Shown: positions 25,358-54,426 of the stretch, in pieces | How positions within the stretch are numbered: the first letter of the stretch is position 1 | How the letters are laid out: the number at the start of each line of letters is the position of its first letter | Assembly (NCBI GenBank): GCA_038087875.1 | Contig: CM075988.1 | Coordinates: forward strand, 18,044,001 to 18,108,000 | DNA from: Malacoraja senta | Taxonomy: Eukaryota | Length of the DNA stretch: 64,000 bases | Direction: 5' to 3' | Position numbers and translations under genes: made by a program | The notes under the pieces: model-generated | Seen by the model: the letters and a program-made list of their open reading frames with translations, nothing else | Database searches by the model: none | Told to the model about the DNA's origin: nothing

Positions 25358-26520
25358 ATTAATCCTCGCCTCCAGATCGGGAGCTTGAACCTTGCTTTAT
25401 AAAGTACAGACCTAAGGAGGACACCCACCAAAGAGCCAAAAGACACCACCCAAGTCTTCACACTCTCCTCTGCCTTCAGGGTAGACATCGTGCTGTGCCA
25501 ACGGCCTCATGTGGACTGGAGACGAGTCTGGTGTAAATGCCTTGCACTGACGTCTGGCTGCTGTTGGCTAACGTGGCTTCTGTTGGTCACTACCAGTGTA
25601 CAATTATGATGCCATTCATAGGCAATGAGTAGACTGTGGCTTACATCAGTGTTGTGCGGAACAGCTTCAGTTGAATTTTGCTGCTGTTACATCCTCAAAG
25701 CTTGGAGCATCTAAGGCTATCGTTACTTATACCTGAGCTCTTGACATAACTATTATGTTTCATGTTATTTAAATTCCAAACTTTCTTCATGACAAACCTG
25801 TAAATATCATCTTTGCTAATTGTTTCTACTTCGTACCATTGTGGTTACATCAGAGTTCTCAGCTGAGTGACTGCAGTTCTGAGCTTCAAGGCTAGGGCGA
25901 ACTGTGCCAGTTAGCAGGTACAAGGAGGTGCCACAGGATTGTGGTGGTCACCCTTCAAATAGCAGCCAATGTTTTACCTGCATTGTGTCTTGTAGACCCT
26001 ACTGCTGGTGTGTGGCAGGGTCTACCTGGGCTTGTTGGCTACAGATTACTCTTTGGAGAACAGGAAGTAATCATCACAGGAACTGCAGATAGAAGGCATT
26101 GGCTCTTTTCCCACAGAACAGCAAAGGCCATTAGGTGAAAACAGGTCCCCTTAGTGCACTGCCTGGTAAAGAAGCAGCGTTCATCTCCTCAAAGCACCGT
26201 GCCCACATGACCTGCATTTAACAAACCTGTAAAGTCAACAGCATCTGAAGAAAGTTTAGAAGGCACCCTCTTAAAATAGTAGCATGTTCGTCATTAAAAT
26301 TAAAACACAAAAACAAATAGGCCCATTAGATGTTTTGTATCTTGTGTAGAGTTCATTCTGCTTCTATTCAGTCAGTGAAGAGGAACAGCCAGACTCCCGG
26401 AGAATCACAGACAGTGCAGCTTAGAAACGGCCATTCTGCCTGCTGTGCTTGTGCCAATTATTTGAAAGAAGTAACCTGCTGGTTCATGTTCTCTGATCTT
26501 CCTCATCGCAAACCATCTAA

Positions 26521-26830
26521 GGGCAGCACAGTGGCGCAGCGGTAGAGCTGCTGCCGCTTGGTGACAGAGACTCAGGTTCGATCTTGGCCTCGGGTGCTGT
26601 CTGTGTGGTTTGTACATGTTCCCTGTGACTGCATGGGTTTTCACCAGGTCTCCTGTTTCCTCCCACAACCCAAACACCTGCCAGTTTGCAGGTTAATTGG
26701 CCCTCTGTAAATTGCTCCTAGTGTGTAAGGAGTAGATAATATAGAACTAGTATGTGAATGGGTAATCGATGGTTGGCATGGACTCAGTTGGTCAAAAGGC
26801 TTGTTTCCCTGCTGTATCTCCCAACTAATT
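26521..26830 (+). mobile_element. tRNA-derived SINE within the probable DIXDC1 3' UTR
   Basis: gtggcgcagcggtagagc...ggttcgatct, CR1-like tail. Confidence 0.85.
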
Positions 26831-27765
26831 AAAATAAAAAGTAGTGAAGCATTATAAGGCATGTGGGAAAGTCATAAGAACTTTCTGCAAGAATCACCAA
26901 CCAATTTGGATTTAGTAACTTTATTTTAGGGTTACCGCAGTGACAGGAACGAATCAGTGGTAAACTGATTGTTGACGGTAATGGGAGCTTGGTTTTGTCC
27001 AGAGGGCAAGTTTAACAGAAGCGAGTAATGCAGAAGTACATGAGTACACATTACAAGACTACAGGTTGCTTACAACACTGCCTTTTTTAAATGGGACGTG
27101 GAATCGTGTTAACACAGAAGCATTAATGCCATCAAGAAATTATGCATTGAAAGATTTTGGTAATTTCAAATTAAGAATTTTGAGAATGTTTACCAACACC
27201 ACATACTTGTGTAGGTAAATTTGTTTTTAAACATCAGCTATCCTTTTAGCTTTTTTAATTTTTTGTATGACAATTATGCTGCTCAAATTGGCTAGTATTT
27301 GGAAATTTACATTATCAAACTGGATTTTAAGTAACTACTGTCAAATCTTGTTTGTGAAAAATTATGAGAACTGGAAAGTACCCTTATATAAATGGAGGGT
27401 TATCTTGAAGAATGAATTACTCTTGACTACTTTTTTCATAATAGACTGCTTTAAAAAAAATACTGGATGTTTTGCCAGAGTTTCTGCTGTTGTATGTGCT
27501 GGCACAATGTTTAGGCCACACATGGTACCAGGCATTTATTGTAAGTGCCAAATGATTACTGCTGTGCAGTTCATAGTTGCAGAGCTCAACATTCCAAATA
27601 ATGCAAGTGGAGTAATTGATGTGTGCATTGTAAAAGCTGTTGCAAGAAAGGTTGTTTGGATTGTGTAAACTTGACTGGTCCTTCAAATGCCTTCCAAAGA
27701 AACTTGTTTGTCATAATGTCGTGTGATTGTATAAGGATTACTGTTTTAAAAAAGCTTGCATTTTC

Positions 27766-27771
27766 AATAAA
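27766..27771 (+). terminator. Candidate DIXDC1 polyadenylation signal
   Basis: AATAAA closing a U-rich, UTR-like stretch just before repeats resume. Confidence 0.5.
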
Positions 27772-28139
27772 ATGTGGGCCATTTGTACAACAGCTCGATA
27801 TATTGTGGAAAATGCCTCCTAATTTCTTGGGTAGACAAAAGTGCTGGAGAAACTCAGCGGGTGCAGCAGCATCTATGGAGCGAAGGAAATAGGCAACGTT
27901 TATTTCTTGGGTTATTCTGCCAAAGCTGCTCAGTGGTTTGGTGTGTACTAGTTGCACAGTTCCACTATTCCTTTAAAAGCTTCCGTGCTGTTTGCCTCAA
28001 ATACCACAAGGCATTCGTTATAACATTTGTCAGGGTCAAACACCATCCCTTGAAATTTCTGGATTTATTGGTGACTATTATATTTATGACCTTTAATTTT
28101 AAATGATCATAACATTACAAATGACTGTTATACAGAAAT

Positions 28140-29550
28140 ATAGAACAGAAATAGGCCACACAGCCCAACTCGCCTATGCTGATCAAGATGCACTATCTAC
28201 ATTAGTTCCACCTATCCATGTACCTGTCCAAATACCTTTTAAATTATGTTATTGTACCTGCCTCAACTACTTCCTCTGGCAGCTTGTTCCATATACCAAC
28301 CGTTCCCTGTGTGGGAAAAGTTACCACTCAGGTTTCTATTAAATTATTCCCCTCTCAGCCTAAACCTATGTCCCCTGATTCATGCTTCTCCTACTCTGAA
28401 CCTAGCAGGGACCAAAACTAAACATAATACTCCAAATGCGACCTCACCATTGTCTTGTACAACTGTAACATAACATCCCAACTTCTATACTCAATATCCT
28501 GATCAATGAACTGAGTCTTCTTGACAATCCTATCTGTGACATCATTTTCAAGGAACTATGCACTTGCACTCCTTGATCCCTCTGCTCTGCAACACTCCCC
28601 AGTAAAGTAATTTTTGGTTGCTTCTTAAAAAACTTTGTGAGACACCATCTCCCACATACAAAACCATACTGACTATCCCTAATCAGCCCTTGCCTATCCA
28701 AATGCATCTTATCCCTCAGAATTCTCTCCAGTAACTTGCCTATCACAGATGTTAGGCTCAATAGTCAATAGTTCCCATGCTCTTGCAGCCCATCTGAAAT
28801 AGAGGCACAACATTAGCCACTCTCCGGTGTTCTGGCATCTCACCCACACTTAATGATGATTCATATATCTCAGCCAGGGAGCCTGCAGTTTCTTCTCTAG
28901 CTTCCCACATTGATATATCTAACCAGGCCCAGAAGATTTATCAACCTTCATATGCTTTAGGATATTCAGCACCGCGTCGATCGCACTGATTGTCCTGAAT
29001 ACATTTCCATTAACTGTCCCAAGTTCTCCCGGCTTCATGTCTTTCTCCATAGAGAAGAAATACTCATTGAGGACCTTGCCAATCTCCTGCTGTTCCACAT
29101 AGAGATGACTGCTTTGGTTTCTGAGGGGCCCTATTCTCTCTCTACTTACCCTCTGCCTTAATGTACTTATAAAATGTCTTTGGATGTTCCTTAATACAAT
29201 CCTGCTAGAGCTATCTTCTGCCCCCTTTTTTGCCTTCCTGATTTCCTTCTTAAGCATGCTCTTCAGTTCCTGAAACTCTTCCAGATCTACACTTGATTCC
29301 AGCTGATTATAACTGTCCCATACCTCTTTTTTCCTGACCAGAGCCTCAATTGTTCTTGTCGTCCGTACTTCCTTACTCCCACTTCCCACTAACAGGAACA
29401 TGCATGCCCTGAACTTTTGTCATCACACTTTTAAAAGCATCCCACTTTCCGGACGTTCCTTCACCTGCAAACAACCTACTCCAATCAACTTGAGCACGTT
29501 CCTATCTAATACCAACAAAGTTGGCCTTGCCCCAGTTCAGAATTTTAATT
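28140..29550 (-). mobile_element. Degenerate CR1 LINE (ORF2)
   Basis: SLTSVIGKLLERILRD...SQYGFVCGR; KVDKSSGPG; RERIGPLRNQ. Confidence 0.85.
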
Positions 29551-29999
29551 TTTTTTTTAAATTTTATTGAACATGTTAAAAAAAATACAAACACAAATAA
29601 ACTTATAAGCAATAAAAAAGAAAATAAAACACAAAGGAAAACAAACAAATAAGTAACTCAAATAATACAAATAATATCGTTCATGTTCAAAAGGGGTAAG
29701 AAGAAGTTCGAAAACTTTTCTGGTCCTACCCCCTCTTATTTTCTATACATTTTCATGGAAAAACAAAATAATGGGAACAAATGGACCCAAAATCTGTTGA
29801 ACAGTTCACAAACAAGAAATAACCAAACAGAAAAGAAAATCACTGGCCAGCTCATAACCATTCAATCTTTTGTTTCTGAAGTGTTTTTAGTTTGAATAGA
29901 GTCTTACATTTTTTCAGCTCATCGTGGCAGTTATTCCAGAGACTAACACCCTTTGCTGTATGTAACACATTGGAGTTTTGCATTAGTTGAATTAACTAG

Positions 30000-30760
30000 A
30001 GATAGACGCAAAATGCTGGAGTAACTCAGCAGGTCAAGCAGCATTTCTGGAAAAAATGGATAGGCGATGTTTCCGGTCGGAACCCTTCTTCACACGGATT
30101 TATATAAACCAGCATCTGCAGTTCCTTGTTATTACATTTTGACTGCTCCACTGCGATTTCTCTTCAGGGTATGCCGACTTTTAAGAAGTTTTCCTACCCT
30201 TGGGTTACTCTGGCAATTTGTGTCTATTTTTGGTATCTACAGTTTCTTGTTATTACATTTCTGAATTTTAACTTGCCCGCGCTGTCTTCATCCACAATTA
30301 TTTTAAAGCTAATAGAACAGTGGTTAGGAAGGAACTGCAGATGCTGGAATAAACCGTAGACACAAAATTCTGGAGTAACAAAGAGGGACAGGCAGCATCT
30401 CTGGAGAGAAGGAATGGGTGATTCAGGTCGAGACCCTTCTTCAGACTAGTCTGGAGAAAGGGAAACGAGTGGTTGAACAGTGGTTAAGAAGGAACTGCAG
30501 ATGCTGGAAAATCGAAGGTAGACAAAAATGCTGGAGAAGCTCAGCGGGTGAGGCAGCATCTATGAAGCGAAGGAAATAGGCAACGCTTCGGGTCGAAACC
30601 CTTCTTCAGACTCAATAGGCAACGTTTCGGGTCGAAACCCTTCTTCAGACCCGAAGCGTTGTCGGAAGAAGGGTTTTGATCCGAAACGTTGCCTATTTCC
30701 TTCGCTCCATAGATGCTGCCTCACCCGCTGAGTTTCTCCAGCATTTTTGTCTACCTCCGG
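30000..30760. mobile_element. Cluster of Penelope-like terminal repeats (tandem and inverted)
   Basis: Several aaggaactgcagatgctgg...cccttcttcagac units separated by the repeated target gaacagtggt. Confidence 0.75.
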
Positions 30761-31122
30761 TTGAACAGTGGTGGCTGGTTTCAAAACCCTTGTCCAAGGA
30801 CACTTCAGTCACTTGCCCTTCCTAATTTCCTCAGAGCAGAGCATATCAAGTTTTGCTCTCTCCCATGGTTGTCCTTAGTTCTAGGTATTTCCTGAGGAAA
30901 CTTTCCTGAACACGTTTGACAAATTCCTCTCCATCTAAGCCCGTGGCACTCTGGCAGTCCCAGTTTTTGCAGGCATTCCCTGGCGTAAGTAATAGGCTGC
31001 AGGCAATATACGTAAACGTGCACTTATATAAGCAAATCTTTAAGCCCACTGACGCCCATGTGGTCTGCGCGTCGGAGATTCGCCGTGGTTTCAGCCTCGA
31101 AGCTTTCCCCCCTGGTCTATAG

Positions 31123-33098
31123 CAAAGATCCTATAGGGGGGTTGCACGTAAGGTCACCGGGTCATAGGGCTTGACGCACGGAGCCGCTCAATCCATCTGG
31201 AGGACATCCGTCACTTCCGGTATATGTTATTAATGCTAGAAACACGTACTTTCCTACCTGTTAAAAACCGCCAAAATGTTGAATTTTTCCGCTGTAAAAA
31301 AGTGTGTAAGTCGGGGTAAGTGTGAGAGACATGGACCCAACTTCAGAATTCCAAAAGTGAAGTGAAATGAAGGTAAAGAGAAGCGAGAGCTGAAGGGACA
31401 ACAACAGCTAAAGTGCTTGGCGAACATTGGCCGTGCAGATATCGGAATTGGAAATATTGGGATGTATCGCGTTTGTTCGCTGCATTTCATCAACAGTAAG
31501 GCATTATTTGTTTTTTTTCTTGGTTTCTTTGGTATCTAAAAAGTCAGAAGTGGTAAATCTGGTTGTAAATTTTTGCTTCAAAGGCGTTTTATTTTTGTAT
31601 GTAAAAACCCACGAGAACCAGGGGCGATTTTAAAATTTTACAGCCAGATTTATCCCTTCTGAAACTTTTTAGATGCCAAAGGAATCAAGAAAAAACACAA
31701 ATAATGCCTTAGTTGATGAAATGCAGTGAGCAAACGGCCAATGTTTAGGTATGTTACAAAACTTACCTTCAGTCGCGCTGTAATTCTGCCACTGGCCGTG
31801 TGCGCGATTTTGGCGCCTTTAAGGGGGGGGCGGGGTTAAAACGCGGTTTCTTCTCTTGTCCTGGAAATATTTTGTTGGAGTACAAAACTTCGCTGACAAA
31901 ATCGTTCCTACCCGCGTTTTGTGATTTTTTTTTTTAAATTAAATCGTCAATGTCAGTGCTACAGTCATTTTAAAATCAGCTCCTGAAGCGTCAACGCCAA
32001 TAACGGGGACGGATTTCACACAATGGACAGGTAAACGAAAGTGCTTTCTTTAAATGTATAAAAGTGCTTCTTAAGAAGCCTTTAATTCACATTTTGTCAT
32101 GCGACACGGTGATTTTATTCCCCGAATTAACGGCAGTATTTTTCATGCCAATACGGGGTTAAATTCACCGCAAATGAACGTTCCAAAAGATCGCGTTCCA
32201 GAAATTCTCACTCGCAAGATGAATTAAATCCCCATTAATTTACAGGTATTAAACATTCAATTCCTTCCATTTGGCCTGTAAATTCATGAAAATTAGATAA
32301 AAAAATTATGTTATATTGTGAATTATTGTGTGAATGTTATTTGGACACTTAGGCTATTTAAAAATGTTAATCTATTCTTAAGAAATTGATAGATGTTTAG
32401 ATCTAGTAATTGAATTTTGTAATTAGCTACAATTAGGTAACTAACTAATTATATGCTTTACTTTCATGTCTTCGAAGTAAGATTGTTTCATATTTGTTTC
32501 AGAATGCTTCAATCTATAATACCTGAAAATTTCTTTCAGTTACCATAATTTTTAAGAAAGTTATGGGCTTTTAACTGTCCTCGATCACAGCTTTTGTGTT
32601 AAGTCAATGGAAAAGCAATAGGGAACTAGATGCTAATTTCTGAGTATGATAATGGCCATAACTTTTTTAATACTGAAGATATGAAAGTGAATTAAGTGTC
32701 AAATTAAACTTCTTTTTATGCTTTATCTGATGGGATAAATTGCAGACTTTATTTTTTAAATCTCAACATTTTGTAACATTGCTACAATGTTCGCCAAGCA
32801 CTCTGGCTGTTGTTGTTCCCTTCAGCTCTCGCTTCAATTTACCGTCATTTCTCCTCACGTTTTGAATTCTGAAGTAGGCTAAATGTCTCCCACGCTTATC
32901 CCGATTTCCATAATTATTTACAGCGCAAAAATGGACAATTTCGGCGGGTTTTAACGGGCCCGCTACGCTGGAAACAATGGTAAGTACTTACCTGCAGTTC
33001 ATCGCGTGTAATCCACTGGGCGTAGCCTAGCAACAGTACGGGTCATGGGTCGTGACGCGACTGCCGTGAATCCTCCCTGTAGCTCGATAGGATCTTTG
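31123..33098. mobile_element. Fold-back type DNA element, interrupted by a nested element
   Basis: Terminal inverted CAAAGATCCTAT / ATAGGATCTTTG; long imperfect inverted arms 31255-31575 versus 31625-31745 plus 32792-32960. Confidence 0.7.
31746..32784. mobile_element. Nested non-autonomous TIR element (TAG termini)
   Basis: TAGGTATGTTACAAAA / TTTTGTAACATTGCTA termini; flanking direct repeat CAATGTT. Confidence 0.8.
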
Positions 33099-33268
33099 AT
33101 GTAAAGCAACACCTGCAGTTCCTTCCTGTACACGACGCCATGACAGTGCGGGGCAAAGCTTGCTATAGGATCGTTGGTGCGGGGCGGGTCTGTGGGCTGG
33201 CGTCACTTCACGTCACGTCCGGCCGGGCCCGCCCCGCACGGAGGTCAGTGAGGAGACGCGGAGCCGCC

Positions 33269-49784
<16,516 letters not shown>

Positions 49785-51235
49785 ACCGGAGAAGCCAAGG
49801 TTTGAATGTCAGCAGTCTTCATAAGGCAGTTTTTATTTGTAAATTCCAGTACCTGCATGAAATCCTTACTTTCTTGTTACAAAATGTAAGAATTTATGCA
49901 GTGGTTAAAGGTGTGCAGTTAAACTAGAATCCAAAGTAAATGTAGAGGGAAAAACTGATGCCATTGTCCGATTCCAGTAGTATTTCAGAGACCATGAGGT
50001 GCACTTATTGAACTGTTACTTTAACATTCAATAATGTCAAGGCCAAGTGTTCCATCTGGTGCCCTTGCTCAGACGTTGCAGTGGGAACAAACAAAACTAT
50101 TTAAACTGAAAGATTATTTTCTGTTTTAGACTGAGTTGAATTGGTGAGGATTTTCTCAATAAATGTTGGTGTTTCACTGCTCATTCCCATATAATGTGGA
50201 ATTGGCAGCCCACAATGTGGATTAATCATCAGTAGGTTCTGAATATCTCCATCAATTTCTCCACAGTTGAATTGAGAAAAAGGCGCTAAAATACTAGATT
50301 AACTGCCCACCTTCAGTCCAGTGTTTCCATTAGGATTGGAAGTATTTTACCGAGACTATTATAAGAATGTGTGATATGGAAGATGCTCATTTTGGTGTCA
50401 TACATTGATACTTTTTATTTGTACACATGTTTCTTGTGCATCAGGGGTAAGTTATTTAAAATTACTCGGGGTGTAATGAAATTCTACATCTGTTTTCATT
50501 TCCTTACCTACTAAAACTAACACTTGGATCAGTAAGTTAATGTGTCGGCAGCAGTTGAAGCAATATGAAACGGTGCAAATTAGGAACAGACAACTTTAGA
50601 ATCATTTCTCTTGGTTCGATGGTGTAGTTGGTTATTACCCAGACTGTGTTACACAAACCTGTGGACTCTGCTGTTTGTAATGCTGCTCAGGACTAGCTAA
50701 GCATAGCTAAAGTCTGAAGATTTGGGTGACAAGAGTTCAATGATTCAAGTGTGCTGATTATCTTTCAGTCTTTAAAGTACGGTCACCAGAAGCAACATCC
50801 GCTTTATCCCAGTTCTACGTGTTTTGTGTGCACTAGAAGTCTGAACGGGTCAGTGAATTGGGAGTAAAGCAAGATGGTTTTTATCGTGATGAGTTAAGGT
50901 TCTGGTTTCCTCTCGTACGGGTCAAAAATGATTTTGTCTCTAATGGGATTGACATTGACACGTATAGAGCCAAATATAAAAACTCAATAGAATATGAACC
51001 CTATCTTGTCAAATATCTTCTCAGTCTGTGCTTTCTTATTTTTGTTCTTTCTACCATCTAAAATATCTCGTGTTTATTTCATCACTCCAATAATTGTTGC
51101 CTTATTATTTAAGAGAAAGTTAACAAGTGGGAAGGGGGGGGGGGAGAGGAAGAGGGGGGGGGGGGTAAATTAAAACAGCGCAAGGAAACCAAGTTAATGT
51201 AGAATTCTGTACAATATTTCACAAGTTTGTATGTC

Positions 51236-52010
51236 AATAAAAAGCCATATCTTCAAATTACTACTTTTAGCAAGTGTATTTGCAGAGTACGTGTGTGAAG
51301 TCTGCATTCATCTGTTGACATTGTCATTCTGAATCAGTGTGCTGCAGAAAGGAATGGTGTACGAGCAGCATCATGGGTTCAGTAATTAAACCAAATTGGC
51401 TCCATTCTCAAATCAGACTTGACGTCCTTGGCCTTGCCTGTCTATTTAAATATCTGCCCGGGTGTGTAATAATGCTTAATTATGAACAATAGTTTTCATA
51501 ATTTATATAACTGCGAGCTTGCCCGACGGAGGCTATTTTCTGAGTTGTTTGTGATTGTGTATAAAATGGGGCAAGAATCTTTTTTCTTTCTGCAGCACAT
51601 TTCAGTTATTTATATTTGTATTCAGCTGTGAAACGGCTGCCCCCAGTGTGTGACTGGAGCTGGTGTTAATGCTGATTCTAGCTACTGCAGTGCTGTTGAT
51701 GCACACTTTACAGCACTGTGTCTAATACTGTAAAAATGTACAATCACAACATTGTTTCAGCAGAAGAACCATTTTTGCTATTAATATGAAATTCAGCATT
51801 AAACCCATTTTTAAAAACTAGTCCCTGGCAACCTTGCTTTTATTGTGCGGGAGAGGGAACAGTTTACAGAAATGGGTGTTAAATTTTTAAAGCAAATTGA
51901 AATGTGTTGCACTAAATATGTACTGTGGCATCGCGCCTTCCTCTCAGTTGTAGCTGTTTGTAGTGGCAACTTGTCGGAAACTTCTATTTTAAAACCAGGA
52001 ATCAAATAAA
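51236..52010 (+). terminator. Candidate DLAT polyadenylation signals
   Basis: AATAAA at 51236-51241 and 52005-52010 (another at 50158-50163); which is used cannot be told from sequence alone. Confidence 0.45.
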
Positions 52011-52934
52011 ATAATAGCTATTTAAAATGTTGTACATGTTTATTTCATGCAAAGGCAATAGAAAAATATCAGATCCATTTCAGCAACTCCATTCTTTCAG
52101 GATCACTGGGTTCCCTCCTCCACTCTTCCCTCTACCCTCCCCACCCCACTTCCCTTAATCAGTTCTGTGCCTCACCTTCCTATCAGATTCCATCATCTGC
52201 AGCCCTTTGTTACCTCCACCCATCACCTCCCAGCCTCTGTTACCATCTTTACTCTTCCCTCCCCCCTGACTCCATCTGCCAATCAACTCCCCTCACCTGG
52301 ATCTACCTACTGCTTGCCAGTTCAATTGCCTTTTGTGACCCTTTATACCTACAGATGTCTATTTGAGTGCACACCTGTTGGGGACCATGTTCGCAGTAAA
52401 TGTGCCATGTAAATTTGTGCTGCTGCTATCTGGGTTTGGCTGTCTACATTTGCACCCGGTTAAACGATCCCTTTTAAGATTTACACTGCCTGCACCTTAC
52501 AACAGAAGCATTATCTGATACTATCAAACACTGCACAAGCCTTTAGGGAAATGTATGTGGAATACGTTGCAGCTTCTTTCTCGGCTGTCTTGACAGCACT
52601 TCAGAAACCTGGGATGCCTGGTGCTGACTGAAGAAGTCCACGTTGAATGCCACCTCCTAATTGTCAATGAGAACTGATGGCAAATCATCTTCAATTGCTG
52701 CAGTCCTTTTAAAGGGGGGCTTAATCCAAAAATTCCTGTGCATCGATAAGTGGATTTGCATGGTAGATCTGAGGTCCTTGTGAGTAAGTAAAGTATAGGA
52801 ATATTATTTTACTAAGTTTATCGTACAGTCGTAGATAGTTATACAGCACGGAAACATGCCATTCAGTCGAATGCCCATACTGGCCAAGATGCCCACTGTG
52901 TCCACCTGGCTGCGTTTGGCCTATGTCCCTCTAA

Positions 52935-53695
52935 ATAGAAATATAGAAAATAGGTACAGGAGTAGGCCATTCGGCCCTTCGAGCCTGCACCGCCATTCAA
53001 TATGATCATGGCTGATCATCCAACTCGGTATCCTGTATCTCGGTATCTCTCCATACCCCCTGATCCCTTTAGCCACAAGGGCCACATCTAACTCCCTCTT
53101 AAATATAGCCAATGAACTGGCCTCAACTACCTTCTGTGGCAGAGAATTCCAGATTCACCACTCTCTGTCTAAAAAAATATTTTCTCATCTCGGTCCTAAA
53201 AGACTTCCCCTTTATCCTTAAACTGTGACCCCTTGTTCTGGACTTCCCCAACATCGGGAATAATCTTCCTGCATCTAGGCTGTCCAACCCCTTAAGAATT
53301 TTGTACGTTTCTATAAGATCCCCCCTCAATCTTCTAAATTCTAGCGAGTACAAGCCGAGTCTATCCAGTCTTTCTTCATATGAAAGTCCTGCCATCCCAG
53401 GAATCAGTCTGGTGAACCTTCTCTGTACTCCCTCTATGGCAAGAATGTATTTCCTCAGATTAGGAGACCAGAACTGTACGCAATACTCCAGGTGTGGTCT
53501 CACCAAGACCCTGTACAACTGCAGTAGAACCTCCCTGCTCTTATACTCAAATCCTTTTGCTATGAATGCTAACATACCATTCGCTTTCTTCACTGCCTGC
53601 TGCACCTGCATGCCTACTTTCAATGACTGGTGTACCATGACACCCAGGTCTCGTTGCATCTCCCCTTTTCCTGATCGGCCACCATTCAGATAATA
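52935..53695 (-). mobile_element. Young CR1 LINE nested in an older CR1 3' end
   Basis: ORF 53123..53659 (QRDLGVMVHQSLK...[14 protein letters not shown]...[13 protein letters not shown]); older CR1 on both sides (about 52835-52930 and 53700-53900). Confidence 0.92.
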
Positions 53696-54039
53696 GCTGT
53701 AAGTCTTTCCTATCTATGTTCAGGTCGAACTGTCTTTAAAATGTTAGTATAGTACCAACTACCCCAACTACCTCTGCTTACAGCTCATTCTATATACCCA
53801 CCACCCTCTCTGTGGAAAAAGTTGCCCCTCTGGTTCCTATTCAGTCTTTCCTCTATCACTGTATACTTATGCTCCCTGTTTCTTGATTTCCCAACTCTGG
53901 GTAGTAACTGTCCTTGAGAAGGTGGTGTTGAAGGAGGCAAGCTGCCAGTGGCTCCACAGCATAATTATTAGTTTCCCTACACATAAAACATTATTAGTTT
54001 AATAATTAACATAGCACAGGGCACACAGCTTCAAATTAA

Positions 54040-54045
54040 TTTATT
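54040..54045 (-). terminator. Candidate PIH1D2 polyadenylation signal
   Basis: TTTATT on + (AATAAA on -) about 240 nt after the stop codon. Confidence 0.6.
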
Positions 54046-54285
54046 TTGATGCACTGGATTTACAATTCTTTGTGAAATTTTATATGACAAACCAATCTGA
54101 ATGTGAACTGTGCGGCTGAACAAGGTGTGTGATTGTGCGCTCTCTGAGGAACAGGAAACCATTCTCCATGCTGGGAAAACTGGCTATTTGCATTTGGTTC
54201 AATTACATCCATCAGAAACGATATCCTTACAGCAGTCTGTGTGGAAATAGGTTGGAATGCATAACATTTGAGAGATTCGATCCGG

Positions 54286-54426
54286 TTACTTGGTAAGAAT
54301 AGGCATCTGTACGGACAGGGTGTGGGTCTTCCTGCTGAGCTTGGCGCTGACCATGTCCTCACAGATGGTTTCGGGTAGGTTGAGCTGCAGTCGGTACTTT
54401 GCCGCCACATCGATAACAACGTCATC
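54286..54426 (-). CDS. PIH1D2: PIH1D2 last coding exon
   Basis: DDVVIDVAAKYRLQLNLPETICEDMVSAKLSRKTHTLSVQMPILTK*. Confidence 0.93.
   Translation of the reverse strand, partial: DDVVIDVAAKYRLQLNLPETICEDMVSAKLSRKTHTLSVQMPILTK

Noticed and set aside
30000..30760. Repeat-spacer-like array resembling CRISPR
   Set aside because: Eukaryotic context, irregular spacing, no cas genes; units are retroelement termini
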